A stretch of 64,000 nucleotides of DNA from Candidatus Latescibacterota bacterium (GCA_963662665.2 CAXXJS010000021.1:32001-96000); one strand, 5' to 3'; counted from the first letter of the stretch, positions 1 through 11,300 are shown. The notes: generated by a model from the letters alone, not told the origin. Made by a program: numbers and translations.

Positions 1-612
1 ACGCCGGACGCGGCGCGAAGTCTGCCACTGGCTGGTCTCCAGCAGCATCTGAATATCCGTGGTGACAATCTCGGCAACGTGGTGCAATATATGGAACGCG
101 AGCATTCGGGACGGTTCCAAACTATACTAAAAAAAATCGCCGAGAAAATACCGGGCGTAGACCGGATTGACACGGAAAGAACCAACGACGGTAGACTACT
201 CCTCCGATTCAACGACACTGGCTTTCTGAACCCCTTCTATGCGCAGCAAGTGTCCGACGGAACGCTGAAAGTTTTCGCTTACCTATTGATGCTCGAAGAT
301 CCGATACCACCACCGTTCCTTTGCATTGAAGAACCGGAGAATGGCCTGTATCACAAGCTTCTAGAAACTTTGGCAAACGAGTTCCGCGAACACGCCAGGA
401 ACCCACGAGGCGGATCTCAGGTCTTTGTGACAACACACCAACCCTACTTCGTAGATGCCTTGGAGCCCAATGAAGTTTGGATCCTGGAGAAGGGAACGGA
501 CGGTCTATCAACGATTCGCAGGTCGAGCGACGATCCTATCGTAAACAACATGGTCGAAGAGGGCCTGCCCCTGGGCGGCCTTTGGTATAGCGACTATCTG
601 GACGCGAGGTGA
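1..612 (+). CDS. AAA/ABC-type ATPase (AAA_21-like), 5'-truncated by window edge
   Basis: Signature VSDGTLK, Walker B LCIEEPENGL, H-loop VTTHQP; frame open to position 1; followed by a DUF4276 partner. Confidence 0.85.
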   Translation, partial: TPDAARSLPLAGLQQHLNIRGDNLGNVVQYMEREHSGRFQTILKKIAEKIPGVDRIDTERTNDGRLLLRFNDTGFLNPFYAQQVSDGTLKVFAYLLMLEDPIPPPFLCIEEPENGLYHKLLETLANEFREHARNPRGGSQVFVTTHQPYFVDALEPNEVWILEKGTDGLSTIRRSSDDPIVNNMVEEGLPLGGLWYSDYLDAR

Positions 613-616
613 TCGG

Positions 617-1300
617 ATGCACTATGATATACTCGTCGAAGACGCGTCCGGCAAGAAGGCCCTCGACATTCTGATTCCTAAAATCATCGGCGATCAACAT
701 ACATTCAAGATTACGAATTACAAAGGAATTGGCCGCATTCCGAAGAAACTCACAAGTGGTACCGTAGCGAGAAATCGACATCTGCTCGACCATCTGCCGA
801 GGATGCTCAGGGGGTATGGAAAGACCCATTCAGGTTACCCTGAGAACTATCCTGCAGCCGTCATCTTGGTTTGCGACTTGGACAATGAGTGTCTGAAGAC
901 GTTCCGCCAGCAACTATACGCGGTCCTCAATGTCTGCAATCCGAAACCGGTGACCCGGTTCTGCCTTGCAGTCGAGGAAGGCGAAGCATGGCTTCTAGGC
1001 GACATTGCCGCGATCAGGGCAGCATATCCGAAACGCAACGAGAGCGTGCTGAGTGGTTACAAAAACGACTCTATTTGTGGTACCTGGGAGCTCTTGGCCG
1101 ACGCGGTCTTCGCCGGTGGCTCAGGTACACTCATGAATCAGGGTTGGCAATCAGTTGGCAGGGAGAAATCTGCATGGTCCGAAAGAGTCGCTCCTCTAAT
1201 GGATGTGGACAACAATGCGTCACCAAGCTTCTGCTATTTCCGAGACAAGCTTCGTGAGCTTACCTTAGTTTCCACCGAAAGATCACATCGTGGCAATTGA
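617..1300 (+). CDS. DUF4276-family (TOPRIM-like) partner of the AAA ATPase
   Basis: ILVEDAS, CDLD and EEGEAWLLGD motifs, C-terminal SPSF; starts 4 nt after the ATPase stop. Confidence 0.75.
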   Translation: MHYDILVEDASGKKALDILIPKIIGDQHTFKITNYKGIGRIPKKLTSGTVARNRHLLDHLPRMLRGYGKTHSGYPENYPAAVILVCDLDNECLKTFRQQLYAVLNVCNPKPVTRFCLAVEEGEAWLLGDIAAIRAAYPKRNESVLSGYKNDSICGTWELLADAVFAGGSGTLMNQGWQSVGREKSAWSERVAPLMDVDNNASPSFCYFRDKLRELTLVSTERSHRGN

Positions 1301-1345
1301 TCGTTTATTATCACACAGAAGAGTGTTCGCCACACTGAGGTAAAT

Positions 1346-4300
1346 ATGGCAATCAAATCCTCCAGCAGACCCTGGCACGAGGTGGTTCACCTACGCGACG
1401 ATCTGAAAACCGGTGAATTGCCACTGGCCATATTCGCTGCCGATCTGTACGATGTGGTGATGCAGAAGGGTGGACGTCCGGTGTACGAGCGACCAGAAGA
1501 TTTCTTCGCCCTGACGTATCCGACTTTAAATCTTCGCGAACTGGTCAAGGATGTAGCGACGCGGCTGGCCGGCCAGAGCGACAAGGCCTATCGGAAACTG
1601 TCGGTGAATTACGGAGGTGGAAAGACCCACACGCTCATCGCGCTACGGCATCTCGCACACGATCCGGACAATCTTCCGGACCTGCCAGCCGTGAAGGATT
1701 TCGATGCGCACATTGGATTCAGGATGCCTGGAGCCCGTGTGGCGGCGCTATGCTTTGACAAGATCGACCTCGAAAAGGGTGTCGAGACGCTGGGTCCCGG
1801 CGGCGAGATCAGAATGCTCAAGAACCCGTGGAGCATCCTCGCGTTCCAACTGGCAGGGGCCGATGGCCTCCGCCTCATACACGCTGAAGGCGAAGACCAG
1901 GAGCGCGATACGCCTCCGGCCGAACCGTTAGTGGTGGAACTTCTGTCAAGACCGCAAACGGACGGGCTCTCGACACTGGTGCTGATTGACGAAGTGCTGA
2001 TGTATATCCGAAGCCAGGTTGAGGCGCAGCCGGATTCGCGAGGCCGCTTGATCAGCTTTTTCCAATATCTAACGCAGGCCGTGGTCAAAGTGGACCGCTG
2101 TGCGATGGTGGCCTCACTTCTCGCCTCGGATCCGAGGAAGCACGACGAATTTGGAAATGAACTCCTGCGGGACGTGGCGGAAGTCTTCGGTCGGCAAATG
2201 GAGGAGGATGCAAGCCCCGTAAGCAAGGAGGACGTGGCGGAAGTGCTTCGGCGTCGATTCTTCAAACCGGAATCCATCCGCGACCCGGGTGAATTCCGAC
2301 CCCACGTCACTTCTATAATTGGCAGCGTCGCAACGCTGGACGAACAGACGGCAAAGGAACGTGGAGCGGCCGAGGAGCGATTCCTTGCCAGTTATCCGTT
2401 CCACCCCGACCTCACGGAGGTCTTCTACTCCCGTTGGACTCAACTGGAAGGGTTTCAGCGCACTCGTGGCATCCTGCGGACGTTTGCCATTGGCCTGCGT
2501 GATGCCGAGAAGTGGGACACCAGTCCGCTGGTCGGGCCGAATATCCTGCTGGCCGATCCGAAAAAAGACGGTCTGGGCGAAGCCGCGAGTGATCTCGCTT
2601 CCTTTGCCAGCGTTGACTCGGCCACGGGGCAGCATCAGGAATGGCGGCCGATCCTTGAAGGCGAGTTGTCCAAGGCACGTGCCATTCAGATCGAGACGAC
2701 TGGCCTGAGCCATCGGGAGATGGAACAGGCTGTTATTGCCGTGTTTCTCAGTTCTCAACCCATTGGTCACAAGGCGCTCACCCGAGAAATCATGGTGCTT
2801 GTTGGATCAGCCGATCCGGATAAAATAGAACTGGAAAAGGCTCTGCGTCGCTGGACGGAACTGTCGTGGTTTCTCGACGAAGCGGAAGTCGCCACCGGAG
2901 AAGAAAGTACCGACGGGCAATTGCCAGGGGCATGGAGGTTGGGCAATCGGCCCAATCTGCGCCAAATGCACCACGATGCCTGCAGCAATCGTGTATCTCA
3001 GTCTCTCGTAGAGGCGCAACTGATCGATGCGATCGAGAAACAGCGCTCCCTTACCTCCGGCGCAGCCGCAGGCGGCGCAACGGTGCACAACCTTCCAGCG
3101 AGACCTCGAGACATCGGGGACGACGGCAAGTTTCACTACGCTGTGCTTGGCCCCGATGCGGTATCGGAGTCCGGTAAACCGAGCAGCGTCGCCAGGCGAT
3201 TCATCGACGAGACGACTGCCACCGATCGCCCGCGTGTGAATCGGAACGCAATCGTCCTCGCCGTTCCTTCCAGGGACGGTCTCGACGCGGTGCGCGTTCG
3301 TGTCCGTGAGCATCTCGGCTGGATGGAGGTCGGTGAACAACTCAAGGGACAACCAATCGATCCGATTCGCGAACAAATGCTCTCAAGCGAAACACAAGCG
3401 TCGCGCAGGAGGATTCCGGAAGCCGTCACTCAGGCCTATTCCATTGTTGTTGCGGTGAACGAAAGCAACGACGTCCACGCCTTCAAAGTCGTCGTGACTG
3501 ACGAACCCTTGTTCACGACCATAAAGGCTGACAGGCGGGCCCGCATCCAGGAGACACCCATAAACTCGGAAGCAATGATGCCTGGTGGTCCGTACGACTT
3601 ATGGCGGGAAGAGGAACCGTCGCGCCGGGTAAAGGATCTTGTCGGAGCGTTTTCTCAATTTGCAAAATTGCCGAAAATGCTGCGGCAGAAGGAGATTCTG
3701 GATACCGTAGTACATGGCGTACAGGAAGGGATATGGGTGGCACAGGTAATCCGCCCCGACAGGACCATCAGGACGTTCTGGCGGACGTCTATCGACGAGA
3801 CTGCCGTACAAGATCCAGGCCTTGAAGTGTTTCTGCCGGAAGCGGCCACGTTAAGTGAACTCGTTCCAGACCTGCTCGAGCACGAAAAACTCCTTGGGCT
3901 CTGGTCGTCCGATGAACTCGCGGTTCAGGAAGTCTATGACTATTTCTCGGGTGGCCACACGGTAGTCGTACAAAGGGAGGGTTACGAGGAAACAGTTATG
4001 ATCCCTAAGTGCGACACAAACATAGTCGAAGTCGCTATTTCCCAAGCCGTTGAACTGGGCCTGTTGTGGTTGACGAACGGGCCGGCCTCGATTCTCAAGG
4101 AACCTGTACCGCCCGGAGTACTCACGAATGCAGCGGTCCTGAGACCGCCGCCGGAGGGTATCGACGTTACTAAATTGATGCCAACGTCGATACCGAGCGC
4201 ATGGGTAGAAGACAAAGCCAACGCGCTCGCTATCTCCACGGCGCTTTCGGGTCAGTGCGGGATGACCCTGCCCTGGTCCACTGTCGAATCAGCAATTGAT

Positions 4301-4666
4301 GCTGGTATTCGTGCGCGGTGGATCGAGCTCAGTCCTGACAGCGCTGAGTGGCCATGCGGTATCGGAAATGCACAGCATGTAATCCTGCAGATTCCGTTGC
4401 AGACGGGTGTCGGCGAAGCCGGCGGGGGACCCTATGGCAGCGGCGATGAACCGACGGGCGCGCTGCGTGCCGAAGCGGAACTTGAAGCGAATGGTATCCA
4501 GGATCTGGCTGATCAAATTCCGGAAATTACCAAAGCCGCTGTGGGTAATGATCTTAAATTTAAGGTCCGAATCGATTTCGGAGGAGAAAAGTCTCCCGAT
4601 CCGGAGGCGGTGAAAACCATCAACGATCTGCTCTGTGATGTGTCGGACTCATTCAAGCTTGAATAA
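1346..4666 (+). CDS. DUF499-family AAA+ ATPase (1106 aa)
   Basis: PW..V...R.D, FAADL, FFALTYPT, Walker A YGGGKTH, Walker B LIDE, YPFHP, FQRTRGILR. Confidence 0.88.
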   Translation: MAIKSSSRPWHEVVHLRDDLKTGELPLAIFAADLYDVVMQKGGRPVYERPEDFFALTYPTLNLRELVKDVATRLAGQSDKAYRKLSVNYGGGKTHTLIALRHLAHDPDNLPDLPAVKDFDAHIGFRMPGARVAALCFDKIDLEKGVETLGPGGEIRMLKNPWSILAFQLAGADGLRLIHAEGEDQERDTPPAEPLVVELLSRPQTDGLSTLVLIDEVLMYIRSQVEAQPDSRGRLISFFQYLTQAVVKVDRCAMVASLLASDPRKHDEFGNELLRDVAEVFGRQMEEDASPVSKEDVAEVLRRRFFKPESIRDPGEFRPHVTSIIGSVATLDEQTAKERGAAEERFLASYPFHPDLTEVFYSRWTQLEGFQRTRGILRTFAIGLRDAEKWDTSPLVGPNILLADPKKDGLGEAASDLASFASVDSATGQHQEWRPILEGELSKARAIQIETTGLSHREMEQAVIAVFLSSQPIGHKALTREIMVLVGSADPDKIELEKALRRWTELSWFLDEAEVATGEESTDGQLPGAWRLGNRPNLRQMHHDACSNRVSQSLVEAQLIDAIEKQRSLTSGAAAGGATVHNLPARPRDIGDDGKFHYAVLGPDAVSESGKPSSVARRFIDETTATDRPRVNRNAIVLAVPSRDGLDAVRVRVREHLGWMEVGEQLKGQPIDPIREQMLSSETQASRRRIPEAVTQAYSIVVAVNESNDVHAFKVVVTDEPLFTTIKADRRARIQETPINSEAMMPGGPYDLWREEEPSRRVKDLVGAFSQFAKLPKMLRQKEILDTVVHGVQEGIWVAQVIRPDRTIRTFWRTSIDETAVQDPGLEVFLPEAATLSELVPDLLEHEKLLGLWSSDELAVQEVYDYFSGGHTVVVQREGYEETVMIPKCDTNIVEVAISQAVELGLLWLTNGPASILKEPVPPGVLTNAAVLRPPPEGIDVTKLMPTSIPSAWVEDKANALAISTALSGQCGMTLPWSTVESAIDAGIRARWIELSPDSAEWPCGIGNAQHVILQIPLQTGVGEAGGGPYGSGDEPTGALRAEAELEANGIQDLADQIPEITKAAVGNDLKFKVRIDFGGEKSPDPEAVKTINDLLCDVSDSFKLE

Positions 4667-4852
4667 CAATTCGCTTCGTTCCCCGAAACAAGAGTTTTCC
4701 CTTTCCGCCGGAAAGTTCCTGAATCCGCGCGGCGAGGTTCGTGTTGCCTTTTGTTTTCGTGGTATCATCGATAGGCGGATGTTTCCCGTTTACCGCTCTC
4801 CACCGTTCTCTTATTGACCCGTTGCCGGAGTTGTTGCCGTGAGAGAAAACTG

Positions 4853-5086
4853 ATGCATTCGGTTGACGTAAATGAAGCACAAACAGAACTTTCCGGGCTC
4901 CTGGCGCGAGTCGACGCCGGCGAGTACGTCGTAATTACCCGTGACGGCGAACCGGTCGCGCGCGTTGTCCCGTACGGGAGACACCAAGGTACGCGACGAT
5001 TCGAAGCGATGAAGGGGCAGATTGTGTTGGACGACAGTTTCTTCGAGCCTCTCCCGGAGACAGAGTTGGCCGCGTGGGAGAGTTGA
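4853..5086 (+). CDS. Phd/YefM-family antitoxin (orphan)
   Basis: MHSVDVNEAQTELSGLLARVDAGEYVVITRDGEPVARVVP and FFEPLPETELAAWE; ATG at 4853. Confidence 0.85.
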   Translation: MHSVDVNEAQTELSGLLARVDAGEYVVITRDGEPVARVVPYGRHQGTRRFEAMKGQIVLDDSFFEPLPETELAAWES

Positions 5087-5289
5087 ATGCGCGTAGATTC
5101 TACGATCGCAGATCCTTCCTGCCCGCCATCGACCGCCTGGAAGGCTTCCGCCCCGGCAGTCGAAGTCTCTATCGCCGGGTGCTCGTGCCGGAAAGCGTGA
5201 AAGATTCGTCCACGGTTGCCTGGACTTACGCGGTGGAGACGAAACCGCGCGCCTGGCCAAAACTGGCCTCCGGCTGCTGGACGGGGTGA
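5074..5289 (+). pseudogene. C-terminal fragment of a gamma-glutamylcyclotransferase-like protein
   Basis: LPAIDRLEGF..LYRRVLV..AWTY motif; N-terminal half absent. Confidence 0.55.
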
Positions 5290-5392
5290 AAAAAGCTGGT
5301 GTTCGCTCGAGATCCAGAGCGCCGCTGCAAGCCCGGCAGTCAATCCGGTTCGTTAAGGTGGAATTGAGATTCACGCCACGTGCGAACCGACA

Positions 5393-6104
5393 ATGGCACG
5401 CATTTTGCCAGCACTTTTCATCAAGATGTTCGGCGATCCGGCTACGAATCCGATGGGTTGGACGGTTGCGCACCTTGGAGAAGCAATTGTCGAGACACAA
5501 TATGGGACGTCCGAACGCGCGAACACAGATGGCAGAGGAGTCCCGGTTTTACGCACGAACAACATTTCATCCGTCGGAGAAATCGAAATGGGCGATTTGA
5601 AGTTCGTCGATCTCGATCGAACCGAACTTAATCGTCAGCTACTACAGCGAGGGGATATTCTGTTCAATCGAACGAATAGCATCGACCTCGTTGGCAAGGA
5701 CTGGGTTGTGGAAGGAATCCGAACTTCAAGCAGTTGCTGCGTCCTATTTGATACGTGTTCGAGTTGATGTAGACAAGCTTTTACCGCCTTACGTTTGGGC
5801 AATGATGCAAACGACATTTTTGAAATCCATGCTTGCTTCGAGAGCACGCCGCGCTGTGGGAATGGCGAACATCAATGCCACAGAGCTGCGACGATTACCT
5901 GCTATGTTTCCGCCTCTCGAACTCCAGGAAGAATTCGCAACTCTGTCAGCCTCGATTCGGCAACTGAATAAGAATCGACGTGGATCCATTATCACAAACG
6001 AGAGACTGTCTCGAAACCTGTTGGATAGAGCGTTCTCCGGTCCACATACAACCTCGCGGCGAGAAGTGCAAATTAGAGAGTTTATTCAGGAAACTGGGCG
6101 TTAG
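5393..6104 (+). pseudogene. hsdS: Type I restriction-modification specificity subunit, C-terminal half, frameshifted
   Basis: LFIKMFGDPATNPMGW, GDILFNRTNS, ASYLIRVR, NINATEL, PPLELQEEF; an extra G near 5699 splits it into ORFs 5393-5767 and 5691-6104. Confidence 0.85.
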
Positions 6105-6655
6105 ACGAAGGCCCTTGCTGAAGTGACAATGTGGCGACTCAGAGAGCACGAACAAACAGGCCGATACAACGTTCGCTCTGACTGGGAATCTGAGGGATGT
6201 GTTACGGCTTATTTCGTTACCGGTTCAAAGTATGGTACCTGTCCCGTGCGATATTTCAACACGCTGAACGGTGCAACGTCGATATTGCATTAAAAGTCAG
6301 GCGATTTGTAGTTTCTGTCGCGACAAGGCGGATGGTTTGGGGGAGCGAACGCTCCGGAGCAGCATCCTTTGTTAGCGCCTTCCGAGGAAGACGAATCTCC
6401 GAACATGGATGAGATGGGAGGTCAGCTTATGAAGCAAACAAAGAATACGGACGCTCCTCCTTCGGTTCGTCTGAACCGAAGGAATGCATTCCTGCTGGCA
6501 CTCCATGTGCTAGTTGTTAGTGTCTCGGTGTACTTACACCCGATAATTGATACTGGCGCCAGCAGGGCGCTGCCCTACCCTACGTGCCAATATAGAGTGA
6601 GACAACTCCCCCTCCGAGTTTAATGTCGTACATTGGGCGGAGAGGAGAGCACGAG

Positions 6656-7123
6656 ATGAGGTCAAGAGTCGATGTTGGAGACAACGGCAGCAAGGGGTCT
6701 CTGGTTGTGGAGGTCCCGCGCGGGACCTCCACAACCACGAGGCCGGATCCGGAGGTGCCTGCGCGTGCGAAGCGTCGCCGGTTCACCGCGCGGTATAAGC
6801 TTCGCATCCTGGAAGAGGCGGAGGCTTGCCGGGCTCCTGGTGAAGTTGGCGCGCTGCTGCGTCGCGAAGGGTTGTATTCCTCGCAGTTGACCCAGTGGCG
6901 TCGGGCGCGTCGTGAGGGGTCGCTCAAGGCACTATCCAAATCGCGGGGACCCAAGGGACGTCGCCGCGACGAGGTCGCCGTCGAGAACGAGCAACTGCGC
7001 AAGGAAAACGCCCGTTTGCGTCGACGGCTGGAGCAGGCGAACACGATCCTCGAGATCCAAAAAAAAGCCTCCGAGATCCTGGGCATCCCCCTGAACCGTC
7101 CGCCAAGCGACGACGACGTATGA
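6656..7123 (+). CDS. IS3 transposase OrfA (HTH)
   Basis: RRFTARYKLRIL, LLRREGLYSSQLTQWR, leucine-zipper-like tail; RBS GAGGAG; A8 slippery run at 7059-7066. Confidence 0.88.
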   Translation: MRSRVDVGDNGSKGSLVVEVPRGTSTTTRPDPEVPARAKRRRFTARYKLRILEEAEACRAPGEVGALLRREGLYSSQLTQWRRARREGSLKALSKSRGPKGRRRDEVAVENEQLRKENARLRRRLEQANTILEIQKKASEILGIPLNRPPSDDDV

Positions 7124-8133
7124 TGCGTGCGGCAGAACAACTGGCCCCAAAGGTCGGGTTGGCGGGGGCGTGTCGGGCGTTGGGTGTGGCGCGTGCTTCG
7201 GTCTACCGTGCGCGTAAACCATCGCGATCGGGTCCTCGTAGCGCGCGCCCCTCGTCGCCACGTGCGCTTTCCCAAACCGAGCGCGCTGCCGTGCTGGACA
7301 TCCTGCACGAGGATCGCTTCGCAGACCGGGCCCCAGCGGCAGTCTACGCCACGTTGCTGGAGGAAGGACGGTATGTCTGCTCGATCCGCACGATGTATCG
7401 GGTACTGCACGACGCAGGGGAGGTGCGCCAGCGGCGACACCAGCGGCGTCATCCACGTCTCGAACCACCCCGGTTGATGGCCAGTGCGCCCAACCAGGTC
7501 TGGACGTGGGATATCACCAGGCTGCCAGGACCCCGCAAGTGGGTGACCTTTCCCCTCTACGTCGTACTGGATCTGTTCTCCCGCTATGTCGTGGCCTGGA
7601 TGGTCGCCGCAAGGGAGAGCGCCACAAACGCAAAGCGGCTTATTGCCAACGCGTGCCAGAAGCAGGGCATTCAACCCGGACAGCTGACGCTGCACCAGGA
7701 CCGTGGCGCACCGATGACGGCCAAGACGTTTTCGCAGTTGCTGATGGATCTCGACATCCTGGCCAGCTACTCTCGACCCCGCGTTTCCGATGACAACCCG
7801 TATTCTGAAAGCCAGTTCAAGACGCTCAAATACACCCCATCATACCCCGAGCGCTTCACCGATCCGCAAGAAGCGCGCACCTATTTGCAGGCCTTCTTTC
7901 ACTGGTACAACACAAAACACCGTCACAGCGGCCTGGGATTGCACACCCCCGACACCGTCCACTATGGGCTGACACAGCAGATTCAGGCCGTCAGACAAAC
8001 GGTGCTGGACCAGGCTTATCATAAACACCCTGAACGATTTGTTAAGGGGCATCCTCGTCCGCCAAGCGTTCCGGACGAAGTGTGGATAAACCAACCCGCG
8101 AATACCATCGAATGCCATCAGTTACTTCACTAA
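7120..8133 (+). CDS. IS3 transposase OrfB (DDE integrase core)
   Basis: PNQVWTWDIT, LDLFSRY, HQDRG, DNPYSESQFKTLKY. Confidence 0.92.
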   Translation: MMRAAEQLAPKVGLAGACRALGVARASVYRARKPSRSGPRSARPSSPRALSQTERAAVLDILHEDRFADRAPAAVYATLLEEGRYVCSIRTMYRVLHDAGEVRQRRHQRRHPRLEPPRLMASAPNQVWTWDITRLPGPRKWVTFPLYVVLDLFSRYVVAWMVAARESATNAKRLIANACQKQGIQPGQLTLHQDRGAPMTAKTFSQLLMDLDILASYSRPRVSDDNPYSESQFKTLKYTPSYPERFTDPQEARTYLQAFFHWYNTKHRHSGLGLHTPDTVHYGLTQQIQAVRQTVLDQAYHKHPERFVKGHPRPPSVPDEVWINQPANTIECHQLLH

Positions 8134-8394
8134 ATTCCAACGGGCGTTGTCTCATTTCTATTGACACGTTCCGCTAAGCCATTCGCCTTTGACCATGTGA
8201 TAACTTGTGGCGTGGAAACTGTGGCCTTTACAAATTGCGTTTCTCAACTCGGTTCGATCCGATCCGGGGTTTTTCGGATCGCGTTCGCTGCTTACCAATC
8301 CCAGGCTATTGACGTGAATTTCATCGTAGGTCGATGTTAGCGGTCAGCCGATTGATTTCCGCACGAGTTCGTTCCGAAAGCAGGGTTCTTCGAC

Positions 8395-11300
8395 ATGCCC
8401 ATTAAGGGTGGACCCGCAAATAAGCTCGGCAACCGCTACGAAACGTGGTGGACGGTCTCGCAGTTGGTTCGAATGCTCCGAGGCGACACGGATGAAATCC
8501 GTATTGAGGATCCCAGGATCGACAAGGCGGAGTTTGTCGTTAAAGCCGGGTCCTATCGAGAATTCCATCAGGTGAAACGCACCCATCCAAGCGGTAAATG
8601 GAGTCTCGCTGCTCTCTGCAATGACGGGCTTCTTCAGGCCATCGGCGAGCAGTTGGCGGGTAACGACGATCGGTTCGTTTTCGCATCGGGCAGCGACGCT
8701 CGGGAGCTATCCGAGTTGTGCGAGGCGGCGAGCAGCGCGGAGTCAGTGGAGGAGTTCACGCGGTCTTTTCTTGTGGCCAAGAAACGAAAGAAACGGTTCG
8801 AGAGGCTGCTTGGCTGTTGGAAGTCTGACGTACCAGCCGCGGTTGACCAACTGCGACGGATCGACGTTCACACGATTGACGAGCGTGAACTGGTAGAAAA
8901 GGTGCAATGTGGCGTGCAGGCGCTCTTTCTCGCAAATCCGAACCGCGTGGTGGAGAAGCTCCGGGGAATCGCTGAAGATTCGGTGCACCGCACGTTGAGG
9001 CGTCGACCGCTAGTCGACGAACTTGCCCAACACGGATATCAGCTGCGACGCCTGCGTAGCCCCGAGCATGCGGGCGATGCCGTAGAAGCGGCGACGAATC
9101 GGTACGTGGACGGTGCACGAAGCAGGCTAATTCAGAAAAAGCTCGTCCCGAGGACAGCTGCGGAAACGCTGCTTTCGCGACTGGAGGGAAAGGCGACCGA
9201 CTGCGTCATGACCGGCAGGGCAGGCACCGGGAAAACGTCCTGTGTCGTTCAGATCACAGAGTGCCTCCACGAGCGGGGAATTCCCGTGTTGGCGTTCCGG
9301 CTGGACAGGGTCCCTTCAGCATCTACAACTACGGAACTTGGAAGTTTCCTTGACCTCGAAGAGTCGCCAGTTTTTGTACTCGCGGCCGCAGCAGAAGCCG
9401 CAGGACGTCCGGGCGTCCTGATCGTCGATCAATTGGACGCGGTGAGCACCCTGTCAGGTAGGAAGTCCGAGGCATTTGGTCTCGTCGAGCGGCTGCTTCG
9501 CGAAGCCCGGGGGACACGACAGCGAGCGAACGTACATACCGTCGTCGTCTGCCGGGCGTTCGACTGGAAGAACGACTCGCGATTGCGAAAGCTTATGCCG
9601 GATTCACACGCCCAGGTAGACGTCATCGAGTTTATGGTCGAGGAGGTCAAGACAATTTTGGGGGATGCCGGGTTTGATTCGGAGTTGTTCCAGAAGCGCC
9701 AGTTGGAGCTACTGAGGCTTCCGCAGAACCTCTCTCTTTTTCTCGATGCCGATATTGACGCTTCGCAGGCGCCCACGTTCGGCACTGCCACAAAGCTCTT
9801 CGACCTGTACTGGGACACCAAGCGACAAGTCGTAGTAGAGCAAGTCGAGAGGGATCTGTGGATGAAAGTCATGAAGACCCTCTGCAATGAGATGACCGTC
9901 ACCCAGCAACTTGCGGTAGCCAGGGAGAAGCTGGACGAAATCCAGCCCGATTATTTGCGCTGCCTTGCGTCGGAAGGCGTACTTAGCTTCGACGGGCGCC
10001 GGTACGGATTCGGCCACGAAAGTTTTTTCGACTACTGCTTTGCGCGACTGTTTTTCAGTCGATCTGAATCGATGGTCTCGTTCCTCAAGGGGTCGGAGCA
10101 ACACCTATTCCGCCGCGCTCAGGTCCGTCAGGCACTTGCCTATCTCCGTGACGCTGACTTCCCCCGTTATATACAAGAGGTCAATTGCCTGCTCTCGGAC
10201 GAGGGAATCCGGCCGCATATCAAGGATCTTACGTTCGCGCTTCTCGCCGAAGTTGCGGATCCGACCGAAGAAGAGTGGGCGATCTGGAAGCGGTGGAGGG
10301 CCCCGGCGCTCAAGGCCATTGAGCAAGGAACGCCAAACACGGACAAGCTGTCTGAAATCGCATGGCGGCGCTTCAATGGGTCATCGTCGTGGTTTGGGTT
10401 CGCCGGGACGCAGGAGCTGATCAAGCAATGGCTGGCCTCCGGCAACGACCGCATAGTGAATGAGGCTGTAGGTTACCTGAGGATAAATCAACGGCAGTCG
10501 CCCGATATCGTCATGGCCCTTCTCGAACCATACGCTGACCGCGGCGATGATTGGCCCCGGCGGCTTTGCCATATAATGAATTTCGCCGATTTCGGCGTGA
10601 GCCGTCGATTTTTCGATTTCTGTCTGCTTCTGGTTGAAAACGGGGTGCTGCACGATCCCCATAAGCCCGACGCCCTGGAGGGTACATTCCGGCGCATGTT
10701 GTACACTCTTGCTGAGAGCAGGCCTCAATGGGTTCCGGAGTTTCTGGCAAAGAGGCTTCAGAGACGATTTTCGGTTATCATGGAAACAGGCGAGGACTTG
10801 CGCCAAGCGAAGCTTCTTGGGTACAGCAACTCCATTGCCGAGATATTCGACAAGGCTGCGTCCCGAGCACCCGCCGAATACGTGCAGCATTTGCTTCCGG
10901 TTATTCTTCAGATATCAGATTCTGCGTTGATTGGCGATAGATCGCCGAGGCCCGATGCAGTTTGGCCGATTCTGACGCGGTCGGAGCGACCCGATGGCGA
11001 GGAAGCATGCCTCGCGGCGTTGGTCAAGGCACTTGCCGCTCTCGCACGCGAGGGTAACACGGATCTGTCCAATGTGGTCGCGGACTTGCGCCGCCGCGAT
11101 ACGCACATCGCGAACCACCTTCTTCTGGCATTGTACAGGGGAGGGGCCGATCGTTGCGCGGACGAGGCGGTTGCGCTGCTGTGTGAGGAGCCGTGGCGCT
11201 TCGAGTGTGGGTTCTACGATAACCCGAATTGGTGCGCGATGGAGGCGATTCGGGCGGTGGTGTCGCACTGCTCGCCCGAAATATGTAATAGACTTGAAAC

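Larger units (their letters stand above)
6583..8173 (+). mobile_element. IS3-family insertion sequence
   Basis: orfA/orfB pair; imperfect terminal IRs (CGTGCCAATATAGAGTGAGACAAC vs reverse complement CGTGTCAATAGAAATGAGACAAC); CTA directly repeated at 6580-6582 and 8174-8176. Confidence 0.88.
6429..8340 (+). pseudogene. Small hypothetical membrane-protein gene interrupted by the IS3 element
   Basis: Removing 6583-8176 joins MKQTK...ALPYP to KPFAFDH...VGRC* in one open frame (~105 aa) with an N-terminal hydrophobic segment. Confidence 0.45.

Noticed and set aside
2168-2244. Short direct repeat GGACGTGGCGGAAGT within the DUF499 gene
   Set aside because: Encodes a repeated DVAEV peptide; no sign of a recombination role.
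6260-6378. Hairpin ending in GTTAGCG (also GTTAGAC at ~6100 and GTTAGCG at ~8336) resembling integron attC sites
   Set aside because: R''/L'' spacing and complementarity do not fit the attC consensus, and no integrase is present in the window.
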